Program-made: the position numbers and the translations under genes | In this document: in pieces, positions 35,087-47,639 of the stretch | Layout: every line of letters begins with the position of its first letter | How positions within the stretch are numbered: the first letter of the stretch is position 1 | Assembly (NCBI GenBank): GCA_030390025.1 | Contig: CM059432.1 | Coordinates: 73,534,001 to 73,598,000 of the forward strand | Source of the DNA: Squalus acanthias | Taxonomy: Eukaryota | Length of the DNA: 64,000 nucleotides | Reading direction: 5' to 3' | Notes under the pieces: model-generated | The model's input: the letters and a program-made list of their open reading frames with translations, nothing else | Told to the model about the DNA's origin: nothing | The model's database searches: none

Positions 35087-38000
35087 TTTTTTTAAATTCG
35101 TTTTTATGGTTTGTGTGCGTCGCTGGCAAGGCCAGCATTTATTGCCCATCCCTAATTGCCCTTGAGAAGGTGGTGGTGAGCCGCCTTCTTGAACCGCTGC
35201 AGTCCGTGTGGTGAAGGTACTCCCACAGTGCTGTCAGGGAGGGAGTTCCAGGATTTTGGCCAAGCGACGATGAAGGATCGGCGATATACTTCTAAGTCAG
35301 GATGGTGTGTGACTTGGAGGGGAACTTGGAGGTGGTGGTGTTCCCATGCGTCTGCTGCCCTTGTCCTTCTAGGTGGAAGAGTTCGCGGGTTTGAGAGGTA
35401 CTGCTGAAGAAGCCTTGGTGCGTTGCTGCAGTGCATCTTGTAGATGGTACACACTGCAGCCACGGTACGCCGGTGGTGGAGGGAGTGAATGTTTAAGGTG
35501 GTAGAAGGGGTGCCAATCAAGCGGGCTGCTTTGTCCTGGATGGTGTCGAGCTTCTTGAGTGTTGTTGGAGCTGCACTCATCCAGGCAAGTGGAGAGTATT
35601 CCATCACACTCCTTACTTGTGCCTTGTAGATGGTAGAAAGGCTTTGGGAGTCAGGAGGTGAGACACTCGCCGCAAAATACCTAGCCTCTGACCTGCTCTT
35701 GTTGCCATAGTATTTATGTGGCTGGTCCAGTTAAGTTTCTGGTCAATGGTGTCCCCCAGGATGTTGATGGTGGGGGATTTGGTGATGGTAATGCCATTGA
35801 ATGTCAAGGGCGGTGTTTAGACTCTCGCTTGTTGGAGATAGTCGTTGCCTGGCTCTTCTGTGGCGCAAATGTTACCTGCCACTTATCAGCCCAAGCCTGA
35901 AAGTCGTCCAGGTCTTGTTGCATACGGGCATGGACTGCTTCATTATCTGAGGAGTTGTGAATGGCACTGAACACTGTGCAGTCATCAGCGAACATCCCCA
36001 TTTCTGACCTTATGTTGGAGGGAAGATCATTGATGAAGCAGCTGAAGCTGGTTGGGCCTAGGACACTGCCCTGCGGAACTCCTGCAGCGATGTCCTGGGG
36101 CTGTGATGATTGACCTTCAATCACCACAACCATCTTCCTTTGTGTTAGGTATGATTCCAGCCAGTGGAGAGGTTTCCCCCCCGATTCCCATTGACTTCAG
36201 TTTTTCTAGGGCTCCTTGATGCCAGACTCGGTCAAATGCTGCCTTGATGTCAAGGGCAGTCACTCTCACCTCACCTCTAGAATTCAGCTCCTTTGTCCAT
36301 GTTTGGACCAAGGCTGTAATGAGGTCGGGAGCTGAGTGGTCTTGGCGGAACCCAAACTGAGAAAGGACCGCTTGATAGCACTGTCTATGACACCTTCCAT
36401 CACTTTGCTGATGATTGAGAGTAGACTGATGGGGCGGTAATTGGCCGGGTTGGATTTGTCCTGCTATTTGTGGACAGGACATACCTGGGCAGTTTTCTAC
36501 ATTGTCGGATAGATGCCAGTGTTGTAGCTGTACTGGAACAGCTTGGCGAGAGACGTGGCTGGTTCTGGAGCACAAGTCTTCAGCACGATAGCCGGGATGT
36601 TGTCAGGGCCCATAGCCTTTGCTGCATCCAGTGCGCTCAGCCGTTTCTTGATAACATGTGGAGTGAATCGAATTGGCTGAAGACTGGCTTCTGTGATGGT
36701 GGGGACCTCAGGAGGAGGCCATTATGGATCATCCACTCGGCACTTCTGGCTGAAGACGGTTGCAAACACTTCAGCTTTGTCTTTTGCACTGCTGGGCTGG
36801 GCTCCACCATCATTGAGGATGGGGATATTCATGGAGACTCCTCCTCCCGTTAGTTGTTTAATGGTCCACCACCATTCACGACTGGATGTGGCAGGACTGC
36901 AGAGCTTTGATCTGATCCGTTGATTGTGGGATCGCTTAGCCCTGTCTATAGTATGCTGCTTCCTCTTTTTAGCATGTATGTAGTCCTGTGTTGCAGCTTC
37001 CCCAGGTTGGCACCTCATTTTTAGGTATGCCTGGTGCTGCTCCTGGCATGCTTTTCTACACTCCTTATTGAACCAGGGTTGGTCCCCTGGCTTGATGGTA
37101 ATGGTAGAGTGAGGGATATGCCGGGCCATGAGGTTACAGATTGTGGTGGAATACAATTCTGCTGTTGCCCCACAGCGCCTCATGGATGCCCAGTTTTGAG
37201 CTGCTACATCTGTTCTGAAATCAATCCCATTTAGCACAGTGGTAGTGCCACACAACACGATGGAGGGTGACCTCAGTGTGAAGACGGGACTTCGTCTCCA
37301 CAATGACTGTGCGGTGGTCATTGCTACCAATACTGTCATGGACAGATACATCTGCGACAGGTAGATTGGTGAGGGCGAGGTCAAGTAGGTTTTTCCCTCG
37401 TATTGGTTCTCTCACCACCTGTCGCAGGCCCAGACTGGCAGTTATGTCCTTCAGGACTCGGCCAGTAGTGGTGCTACAGAGCCACTACTTGGTGATGGGC
37501 ATTGAAGTCCCCCACCCAGAGTACATTCTGCGCCCTTGCTACTCTCAGTGCTTCTCAACATGGAGGAGTACTGATTCATCAGCTGAGGGAGGGCGGTATG
37601 TGGTAATCAGCAGGATGTTTCCTTGCCCATGGTTGATCTGATGCCATGAGACTTCATGGGGTCCAGAGTCAATGTTGAGGACTCCCAGGGCCACTCCTTC
37701 CCGACTGTAAATCACTGTGCCGCCACCCCTGGTGGGTCTGTCATAGAAAACATAGAAACATAGAATCTAGGAGCAGGAGTAGGCCATTCGGCCCGTCGAG
37801 CCTGCTCCGCCATTCAACACGATCATGGCTGATCATCCAAATCCAGTACCCTGTCCCTGCTTTAATCCCCACAGTACACATATCCCACCCTACCCCCGTA
37901 ACCCCACGTATTTAATTCCCCCTAACATATCCCATCCTATCCCCATAACCCCACATATTTAATCCCCCCTAACACTAAGGGGCAATTTATCATAGCCAAA

Positions 38001-38768
38001 TCAACCTAACCCACACATTTTTGGACTGTGGGAGGAAACCGGAGCACCCGGAGGAAACCCACGCAGACACGGGGAGAATGTGCAAACTCCACACAGACAG
38101 TCACCCGAGGTCAGATTCGAACCTGGGTCTCTGGCGCTGTGAGGCACCAGTGCTAACCACTATGCCACCGTGTTGCCCTGCCGGTGGGAGAGGACATACC
38201 CAGGGATGGTGATGGAGGAGGCTGGGACATTGGCTGAAAGATATGATTCTGTGAGTATGACTATGTCAGGCTGTTGCTTGACTCGTCTGTGGGACAGCTC
38301 TCCCAATTTTGGCACAAGTCCCCAGATATTGGTGCGGAGGACTTTGCAGGGTTGACTGAGCTGGGTGTGCCGTTGCCATGGCCGTAGCCGATGCCAAAGC
38401 CAGGTGGTTCGTCCACTTTCATATTTATTATTTTGTTACAACTGAGTGGCCTGCTAGGCCATTTCAGAGGGCAATTAAGAGTCAACCACATTGCTGTGGG
38501 TCTGGAGTCACATACAAGCCAGACCACATAAGGACGGCAGATTTCCTTCCCTAAAGGACATTAGTGAACCAGATGGGTTTTTACGACAATCCGATAGTTT
38601 CATGGTTACCATTACTGATACTAGTAATTATTTCCAGATTTATTTAATTAACTGAATTTAAGTTCCCCAGCTGCCTTGGTGGGATTTCGAACTCACATCT
38701 CTGGATCAACAGTCCAGTCCTGACTGGATTAACTAGCCCAGTGACATTACCACTACGCTACTGTTCCC
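35087..38768 (-). mobile_element. Apparently full-length single-ORF LINE (APE + RT, decayed) with a tRNA-like 5' head
   Basis: Head GGGAACAGTAGCGTAGTGG...GAGTTCGAAATCCC; about 420-bp 5' UTR; APE start TNIWGL..PDIVILTES near 38335; RT fragments; ATT at both junctions. Confidence 0.88.
37742..38178 (-). mobile_element. HE1-like V-SINE inserted in the LINE endonuclease region
   Basis: Near-identical to 4102-4530; LINE sequence GGTCTGT|CCTGCCGG rejoins across it. Confidence 0.88.
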
Positions 38769-40098
38769 ATTGAGGGAGTGGAATCCCTTTCAGTTCAGCA
38801 AAATGGCAGAGTTGACATGAGGGGTACGCAAAGCAATGTGTGTGCAGTCAGTGACACCCTGCACCATGGGAGAAGTCTGCAATCTGAGCAAACCCTCATG
38901 CTCGCTCCGCCTGCTTGTTGCTGGCAAGAGGGAATGAGATGAAGCTGTCTCTCTTTGTATAGAGAGCCCAGTGACCTCCCTTATGCAGCAGTGTACAACA
39001 AACTGCAAGATGTTGCTCATATATCCAGCATCAGCCTGGAAGGAGCCAGGCACATAAAAGTTCATTGCCACGGTCACCTTGACAGCCACAGACAATGCGG
39101 TCCTTGCCCTGCTCTGAGGCTGGAGTTGTGGCTGCACCAGGTGGCAGATTTCAGTGACGACCTCTTTAGTGAAGCGCAAACGTCTCTAGAATTGGTCGCC
39201 ACTGAAGTTCAGGTAGGAGAATTGCTCCCTGAACACCCTCTGCAGCTATGACCTCCTGTGGAAAGCCCTTCTCCCCCTCCTCCTCCCTCTTCTAGCAGCT
39301 TGTCCTGCTCTGCGTGGCCTCTGCTCATTCTCCCAGACATGCTCAATGCCAAGAAGAAAGCCTACACTCCACCCATGTCTGGGAGCAACTAGTCTGTGCA
39401 GAAGGCTTTAAGTCAGCAAAAAAGTACTTCAGCACCTGCCACACCCTCCCTGTAGAATATTGAAACTTTAACCAACTACAGAAAGCACCCAAAAGGTGTA
39501 GAATTGCAACAACAGCCAGAAGAAATAAACCAGCAACTAGCCTGCAAATAGTTTAAGATTGCTTTAAATAGCGTTGGTGGGGGTTTCTTAAGGCATTTTA
39601 ATGTAGTATTCAGCTGTGCGAGGTTAAGAGAGGGTATAGACTGGAGCGTAGAGCTCCTAAGTGGCAGCGCTGGCGTCAAATCAGCGCTGCACGTTGATTG
39701 ACGTCACGATCTGCCTGCTCTGCGTGCTGCCAGCGGACGTTATGTGCGTGCCACAAACACCTTTACGAAGATGGCGTCTGGTGCACTTCCCATTGAAAGT
39801 GCGCACGCGAGTCACAGATGCCATTTTCGGTGCTTAAGGGGCCTTGTAACGCCCAAAAATCGAACTCTACAGAGCCCAATTTCGCCCCCTATGTCCCATT
39901 TTACATCATGTCCACTTCATTCATGCTGAATCTTAGTCATGCGAGTATAAAACAGACATCCAGGGTTGCTAGTTGCTACTCTGAAGAAGAAAGTCAGTTT
40001 AAAGAGAATAGAGGAATGGCCTCCTTCTGTGCCATAAATTTCTATTCAAAGATGCTGCAAATAGATTATTATTGCGTTATTTTTAGTGTGCTCTTGAT

Positions 40099-41245
40099 GG
40101 CCTAGAAATTTGGGGGTTTAGTGCCGGTCATTAAGGCTCGTTTTGAAGAAAGAAACTGAGGCCGACTCACTTCCGTGCTTCCAGCGGGTCCCGCGGTGGC
40201 CGCCATTGTGTGCAGGTCAACAGCCCTGCCGTTGCCTGTGCTCGCTGCAGAAATGGAAATGAGGCGGATCGTGACATCAGTGAGTGAGCAATGCTAATTT
40301 GACGCACGATCTGCCAATTTGGACGTTGCCACTCCACTTACCGCCCTCTCTTAATCGTGACTAGTTGACCAAGCGTTCAGCAGCAGTGAGGACCCCCCAG
40401 CAGCGCTATTTAGAGGGATCATCATCAACAACAACTTGCAGTTGACGTGCTTTTTCAGTTCTACTGGTTCTGTCTAAGTTTCTGCAACCCTTGGGGGGGA
40501 AAATTGAGTTGCGACCCCTTTGGGACGCTACTTTTAGCGCCCCAAAAAAATTAGCGCCCCCACGGCCGAAATTCATTGGTAGCGCCCCAAGAGGGAAGCG
40601 GGGTACTACTGGAAGCGCCTCGCCTCCCTCTTGGGGTGCTGTGAGGGAATTGCAGGCCTTCCTCCCCTTCTTAAAGGGGAGGGGCCTTGCACAGCGTGAC
40701 CCAGGGCCCAGCTGGGCTACCGGGATCACAGTGCCGGCAAAAGATCCCGGCACTCAAGAGAAGTGCCGGGCTCATGGAGCGCAGCCGGCACTCCGCGGGT
40801 GGGGTGCTCAGGAGGCCAGGGACAGCAACGGAGGCAGGTACTGGCAGGCGGCCAGCAACAAAAATTGCCGCCCGGCACCTCACCTTTAATTAGCGCCGCC
40901 CCAGCCGCAGGTAACCCCCCCTGACCCCGTCGGACATAGCGTCCGATGGTAAGTCAGGGGGCGCTACTGAAGATCGCGGCTGGGGCATGAGCGGGGTGCT
41001 GTGCACGGCGATGACGTCATCGCCGGCGGCGCAGCGCCATGGGGCGCTAACGGCTACCGCCGCTGCTAACCTCCCGCTGAATTTTGTGGGAGGCATTGGC
41101 GGCGCCGCGCCCGGGCGCTAGTTGTTTTGCGGCCCGTTAGCGCCCTCTTAGGCGCAAAGCAACCGAATTTCTCCCCCTTGGTGCTTTCCAAACTTCTTTA
41201 AAGTTGCTGAGGTCACAGGGAGTGTTGCTGCAAGTGGAGAACACC
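40099..41245. mobile_element. Left part of a Harbinger-type element hosting a nested MITE
   Basis: Starts GGCCTAGAAATTTGG, the same TIR as at 3619; no matching right end seen. Confidence 0.55.
40494..41177. mobile_element. CpG-rich Harbinger-type MITE
   Basis: TIR GGGGGGAAAATT / AATTTCTCCCCC; TSD TTG; dense TAGCGCC motifs like 10611-11501. Confidence 0.8.
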
Positions 41246-41312
41246 TTAAAAACAGAAAATGCTGGAAATACTCTGCAGGTTAGGCAGCATCTGTGGAGAG
41301 AGAAACAGAGCT
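41246..41312 (-). mobile_element. Short Penelope-like tail fragment
   Basis: Reverse complement of about 47972-48035. Confidence 0.65.
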
Positions 41313-41314
41313 GT

Positions 41315-43700
41315 GGGGCGTGATTTTCCCAATGGAGGTGGGTTGGAGGCGGGTTTCGGTTTGGGTGGGTTCCAAACCCGCCTCCACTGAGAGGTGGGAA
41401 AAATTTGCGATTTTCCCCTAATTGGCCAGTTGATTTCAGAGGTGTGGGTTCCCCTGGGCCAATTAGTGTTTTGGGACTGAAACTCGCCTCTGCTGACGTC
41501 ACTTATCCAGCTTCATTTAAGGGCTGCTTGCTGCCTTGGCTCATTCCATTGGTATTTGGTCGATGCTGCACCACCTCCAAGCTGTTGTCTCCTTCAACAA
41601 TGGCCAACTCCAAGGCAAGGGCCTCCCCAAGGTTCTCGGATGAGGCGCTGGGTATGCTGGTTGAGGGGGCAAGAGCCAGCAGGGAGGTGCTCTTCCCCTC
41701 ATCTGGGAGGAAGAGGCCTCCCAAAGAAACCAAGGCTGTGTGGGTACAGCTGGCAAGGGATATAACCTCCAGATCAGTATGCAGCAGGACATGGCTGCAG
41801 TGCCGTAAAAGGTTCAATGACCTTGTAAGATCAGGCAAAGTGACTATACCTTCAGCTTGACCCTCCTGCTCCACTTCTCCTCTCATCACTAGCACTCTGC
41901 ATTGTCAACCTCCTCCTCCACATCCCACTTTACCCTTACAACCCTTGCACCCTTCACCATCCCTCTCACTCTATGAACCCAATCACTTCATTATTTGACT
42001 GTGCTGCCCTCACACTCCCTTTCAATGTTATACAATGACAACGACTAACAACGCACAGGGAGGGCCCTTGGACATGGAACCTCACTCCATCTTTGTCTCC
42101 TTCTAAGCATCTATGCTCTGGACTCTCTACACTCACTCCATCATTCTCACTTCTACTCCACTTGTCTCCCTCACTGCAGGAAAAGAGAGCCCACAATAGA
42201 AGGGAAAGGGCGAAAAGGAGGAGGGCCACCTTCCATAGCCATTCTCACCCAGGCTGAAGAGGCGGCCCTGGACATCGCCGGCGCAGAGGTGGAGGTGGAG
42301 GTGGAAGTGGGGGACGGACAGACGGACGATGCAGAGCAAGCTGGTGACAGAATAGTTTTGCGTCTCTCTCATTTACACTGCTTGAGTGACTGAAATGGCT
42401 GCTGGTGTACATTATTAGAATGCCACTTGAGCATCTGCACTGTTGCATGTGTATGCCACACTTCCGTCAAATGTCTAACCCATGCCTTTACTCACCCACA
42501 GCACCATCCACAGAGCCCCCCCCTCCACTGTCGACGAGGAAGAGGCTGAGCAGCAAGACTCCTCAGGGGAACCTGCAACCTCTGAGGATGCAGCATCAGC
42601 AGATGTAAGCGCACCCAGCACCAGCGCAGATACGCACACCTCGGTGGGAGCTTCGGGACATAGATTAGTGTTGTCACCTGGTGTATCACAACTCACAGGT
42701 GAGCATCAGCAGGTGGTGGAGACAGGGACAGCAATGGAGAGTCCTCATCGGAGGTCGCAGGACTCTCCTAGCTCTGCTCAGCTGTATGTCGACCCTGTGC
42801 CTCTGGGTCCAACCAGAAGGAGAGCGGTGCTGGAACTCCAGGAACAGGTGCAGGAGTCTCTGACAGGTCTTGTTTCCAGGGTCACTGCAAGTGTGGAGAG
42901 GATGGAGGAGTCCAACTCTAACATGAGCAGTGCCATTGGGGAAGCAATGGTACATATACGCAGCACCACGGAAAGGATGGCAACCTCCGTGGAAAGGTTG
43001 GCTACGGCCATGGAGGAAATAAGTCGCCAGAGTCAGGAAAACATGGTGAATGTTCAGAATAGACTGACATCTCTGGAGGAGCGATGGGCAGCTATTGAGC
43101 AGAGAAACCAGAGCTTCATGGAAGTCTTTTTGAGTGGGACTGCCAGTGCAGATACGGGTCTCCATGGCCCCCCTGATGTGCAGCAAGGTGCTGTCAAGCC
43201 ACTTGCAAGTGCTGAGGTGGACCTGACCCATGAGAGGGAAGTTGGTGGCAGAGAACAAGGAACTGGGGGCTCCTCTCCAAGCGCTCACACTTCCATGCCA
43301 CTGCGTAGCCCTCGGTCAGAGCCCCACCAGAGTCCTCACCCAACTGAGATGGGCGTTTCAGCCCCTGCACTGGCACAGGATGAGCAGACGTTTGGCGAGC
43401 CCTCACAGGCTCGTAAACCCAGAGGACGCCCACCAAAGGTGTCGAAGCAGGAGCAGCATCATAGGAGGACGCATAAGAGAAAAAATAACACACCATTAGT
43501 AACAGGGGTAGGCACTTGGGTGATTGTTTCTGTTTATTGACGATATGCCATCCCTGTTTAAATGTATAAAAATGATTTGATGGCAAACAGTTGGCGTGAT
43601 GACATCTGTTAATTCGCCTTAGGCAGCTCCACATTGCAGGCTCCGCGACACTTGCGTGGTCAGGTTGGTGGCCAGAGTGAAAGGAGGCCAGAGAGTCATG
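41315..43700 (+). mobile_element. Harbinger subfamily A half-element (Myb side); same family as 59324-63434
   Basis: Terminus GGGGCGTGATTTTCCC mirrors about 63370-63434; 43540-43700 is the reverse complement of about 62700-62860. Confidence 0.85.
41600..43540 (+). pseudogene. Myb/SANT-like accessory gene, exons 41600-41839, 42180-42343, 42502-43540
   Basis: Exon 1 intact (80 codons, MANSKARASPRFSDEAL...WLQCRKRFNDLVRSGK); exon 2 is 164 nt versus 160 in sibling copies, so frameshifted; exon 3 open. Confidence 0.88.
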
Positions 43701-43728
43701 TTGAGATAGCTCATCCTCTGTCTGTAAG

Positions 43729-44701
43729 ATGGAGTGGAGGCAGCGAAGAAGAGAAGATGCTCGCAGAGGGAGGAGGAGGAGGGCTCTCAGCAGGAGGCCT
43801 TACCCACCTAGGGTCTTCCGAGAGCACTTCTCTTACCTCCACTTAAGCCAGGAGCAGTGTATTAAGAGGCTCTGCTTCACCAAGGAGGTGGTCACAGAAC
43901 TCTGCCACTTCCTGCAACCACACCTGCAGCGTCAGAGCTGGGCGACCACGGCTCTCTCGGTGGCCCTCAATTTCTTTGCCAGCAGAACCTTCCAGTCTGC
44001 AGCAAGAGACATAGCTAATATTTCCCAGTTTGCCGTCCATCGCTGCATCTAGGAGGTCATAAAGGCTCTCTACTTCAGGAGAAGGGACTTTATTGTCTTC
44101 TCTCTGAACAGAGAGAAGCAGGACAAGTGTGATGTGACTTTGCCAGGATAGCGGGCTTCCCCTTGGTGCAGGGCGCCATCGACTGCACACACGTGGCTTT
44201 GTGGGCATTCCATAAACGCAAAGGCTACCAGTCACTTAATGTGCAGTTGGTGTGCGATCACGCCCAGCGCGTCTTGATGGTGAATGCCTGCTATCCCGAC
44301 AGAAGACATGATGCCTTTATCCTGCACCAGTATGGTGTGCCAGCAATCTTCCAGCCACCACGTCAAATCAGAGGGTGGCTGCTCGGAGACAAGGGCTATC
44401 CACTCTGCACCTGGCTCATGACTCCCCTCCATAACTATCACCCATGGCCAGGACTAATAATGACAGCCATGCTGCCACCAGGAACATCATTGAGCAGACC
44501 ATCGGGGTACTCAAGCAATGGTTCCACTGCCTTGACTGCTCGGGAAGAGCCCTCCTGTACTCAGCAGAGTGGGTGTCCCATTTCATGGTGGTCTGCTGCA
44601 TGCTCCACAACTTGGCCATCAATATGCCACCAGGGATTGCGGGACCACCTCAGGAGGAGGAGGAGGAAGAGGATGAGGACAAGGCCAAGGAAGAAGAGTA
44701 A
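43729..44701 (+). pseudogene. Harbinger subfamily B transposase, fragmented
   Basis: RRPYPPRVFRE, QGAIDCTHV, LLGDKGY, IIEQTIGVLKQ across several frames. Confidence 0.88.
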
Positions 44702-44702
44702 G

Positions 44703-45182
44703 AAAAAGAAAGAAAGACTTGCATTTCTATAGCGCTTTTCACGTCCACCGGACGTCTCAAAGCGCTTTACAGCCAATGAAGTACTTTTTTTGGAGTGTAG
44801 TGTAGTCACTGTTGTAATGTGGAAAACATGGCAGCCAATTTGCGCACAGCAAGCTCCCACAAACAGCAATGAGATAATGACCAGATAATCTGTTTTACTG
44901 ATGTTGATTGAGGGATAAATATTGGCCAGGACACTGGGGATAATTCCCCTGCTCTTCTTCGAAATAGTGCCATGGGATCGTTTGCGTCCACTTGAGGGGG
45001 CAGACGGGGCCTCGGTTTAATGTCTCATCCAAAAGACGGCACCTCCGACAAAGCAGCACTCCCTCAGCACTGCACTGGAGTGTCAGCCTAGTTTTATGTG
45101 CTCAAGTTCCTGGAGTGGGACTTGAACCCACAACCTTCTTGACTCAGAAGCGAGTGTACTACCCACTGAACCACAGCTGACA
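44703..45182 (-). mobile_element. Full-length tRNA-derived Deu-domain SINE (SacSINE1-like)
   Basis: Minus-strand A box TGGTTCAGTGG, B box GGTTCAAGTCC, central Deu-like domain, (CTTT)n tail. Confidence 0.85.
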
Positions 45183-45189
45183 CAGTCTG

Positions 45190-47480
45190 TTGGAGGACAG
45201 ATTGCTGGACTGCTGTGACATCCAGCAAACCCCTTTTGACACTCGTAAACCCAGCAATGATGGCAGCAGTCTAAGCTTGTGTGGCAGCAAGCTGAAACTG
45301 CATGGGAGCAGTCTGCGCTTCCACTACAGCACTATTGATTGGGTCGCTTCTGCCTGTGCTGCAATGGAAGCCACGACATCGCCCACCACACGCAGCATCA
45401 TGGCTGGGTCGACGAGGTCTCTCCTGGAGTTGTCCATCATTTCCATCCTGGAAATCATGAGCTCCAAGCTCTGTGCAAAGCCCCGTCCAATGTTGGAGCC
45501 AGACTCCTCCATGCTCCTTGACAGTGACAGGAGGCTCTCTGGCAGGCTTGCCATTGCACCTAGCATTTCCGTGTGCATGCCCATCACCCTTCTGAAGGCT
45601 GCCCCATCGAGGTCATCATCTGAGTCCTAAGGAGCAGAACTCGTGCGCGAACTCGCCCACCGGGGAGCTGGCCCCCGAGCTACCCTTTCCCCCTGGCCTG
45701 GCAGCAACCCATTCATGCCCGGTGACTCACCATGTGCAGATCCTGCCTCTATACTCTGCTCTAAAGTCCGCGCAGTGTCATTTTCTGAGCTGGTGTCTGC
45801 AAGTGTCAAATGCAGTGCCAGTGTCTCTTCTTCTTCTTCGTCTCCTCCGTCAGTTTGCTGATGATGAGGGACAGGCTGGGCTGGTGGTACTTCTTGGTTA
45901 TCTGAAAGTAGAAAGGCACAAGGGTCGGGTTGTGGTGAGGGGAGGGGGAAATGCAGGATATCCATGCATACACCATCAGCAGCTTGTAAGTGAGAAGAGA
46001 TTGTGGGATGAGGGTGAAGTGAGGTGTGAGAAGAGGGATTAGGTATGAACATACTGTCATCGTCAGCAATGGTTTTAATTTCTCCGCTGGCCACGAACTC
46101 TGTCACAGCCCCACCAATGATTTCAAAGACGGATTCCTCGAGGTCCATCAGGTTCTGAATGTGGCTTGGCCGCCTCCCGTCTGTTGCTGCTCTCTCCTGT
46201 TGTGTGCCACCTTTGCCTGCAAGAGAAAAGGAAGAGTGTCAGTGATTGTGGTGCAATGTGTTTGGGTGATGTGCCTGCCATGGTTGAATAGTGTGTGCAA
46301 GGTGTGAGATGTGGGTGTGAGTGTTGCAGCAGTGGTAAGTGTGCGAGGGTGAAGTGAAGCTATGATTGTGAGGTAGGAGTGGTGATAACTAGAGATTGTT
46401 GGTAGGTGAGTGATGGGGGTGCGGTGCATTGAGCAGTGTGTGAGGCTAGTGGTGCAGATGGTGGGATATGGCATTTGCTGAAGCTTTCACTCACCTTGAC
46501 CTGCCGTTTGAGGTCATTAAACTTTTTGCAGAACTGGATCCAGGTCCTTGGGACAACACTGTTTAATCTCTTCTCATAACTTTCTGCAAATGACCTTGGA
46601 TGGCCTCTTGTTTCATATGATGGGAAAAGCTTATAATGGGCTGTCTAGTTTGGCTATCCATTCAATGGCCTCCTGAGATGCCGAGTGGAGAAATGAGGTG
46701 CCTCCCGCAACAGAACTTAGTGGGCAGGTTGATGTGATGTGTTCCATGGTCTGGGACTCATGGTCACAATCGCTCTTCGGGTCATCCCTCATCTTCACTG
46801 GTGGAGCAGGTGGCTACATCCTCCATGCCCTGTGTGGATTCGGTTGAGTGCTGTCCACTGTCTTCGAGGGAGGTCGAAGCCAGGGACCTTTGCTGTTGGG
46901 TCAGTGATGAGGTGTTGGTTCTTTATATTGCATGCGTCCCACAATTCTGTCCGTCTGGATAGTGGGTTGATACCAGCTGCATAAATATTGGCTGCTATTT
47001 CCCAGAATGCCCGGTGCGATTTTAAGCGCTTTTGTGGTGGGTTTCTCAAGTCTTCTTGAATGGGAAGGTCGATGTTGCTCACGGTATTTTCCATCTCACG
47101 GAACATGGTGGTGTCGCGGCAAGGCAATGTTGGACAGCACCGGGAGCCACTCAGTTGGAGTGGACTTGAGGGTCCCTGGCACCGTCCTCATAGCGATGTT
47201 TAGCTGCATGTCCACGAACTTTGTGTGATGGCTGCAGGACCATGAGGCAGAGCAGTATTCTGCAGCAGAATAGACTAGGGCCACTGTTATAAGTGTTCTG
47301 GCAGTGCTCCCCCATGACGTTCCAGCAAGATTCCGGACTAGGTTCATCTCCCTGTGGGTAAAGGACAGCCTGCCTTTGTTGGACCTCCAGGATGAAGGCC
47401 TCCAGTGCAGCAATTGAAAATCGTCCAGCTCTTTCTCCAGAGAGACAATGAAGTGCTTCTGCAACAAAGCACCTCCCCTT
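45190..47480 (-). pseudogene. Harbinger subfamily B Myb/SANT-like gene remnants, exon 1 interrupted by a Vingi fragment
   Basis: KFNDLKRQVK|GTGAGT near 46494; QAKVAHNRREQQQTGGG; MHTEMLGAMASLPESL. Confidence 0.75.
46610..47345 (-). mobile_element. Vingi/Ingi-like LINE 3' fragment
   Basis: LAGTSWG..ALVYSAAEYC..STPTEWLPVLSNIA; PGFDLPRRQWTALNRIHTGHG; decayed C-terminal CCHC-like region. Confidence 0.75.
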
Positions 47481-47639
47481 TAAGTAGTAGAGAGAGCCAA
47501 GGCAAAACTTTGTTGGCCATTAGACTGCATCCAATATTGGCGCCCCCACTGAGCACTAAGCCAATCAGCAGCGCGTCTTGTGCCGAGGTCAGCGCTCCAA
47601 TTATGTTAATGAGCAGGCAATATGATTAGGCACTTCACA

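Larger units (their letters stand above)
30376..39376 (-). pseudogene. Harbinger transposase split into about 38769-39376, 35031-35087, 32076-32294 and 30376-30612
   Basis: Pieces rejoin in order: QGVTDCTH..KGFHSLN | NVQQVCDH..NARY | YPGSNHDAF..EQTIGFLKQRFRCLD | CSVGALQYS..CCMLHNL. Confidence 0.85.
29114..39889. mobile_element. Harbinger subfamily B copy expanded by nested retroelements
   Basis: Myb exon 1 MADHGKEQAPRLSDAALEVLV (+, about 29623-29828); minus-strand transposase in four pieces; termini Harbinger-like but poorly matching each other. Confidence 0.75.

Noticed and set aside
41600..43540. Host NAIF1/MSANTD-type gene
   Set aside because: Multi-copy, inside transposon ends, and frameshifted in exon 2
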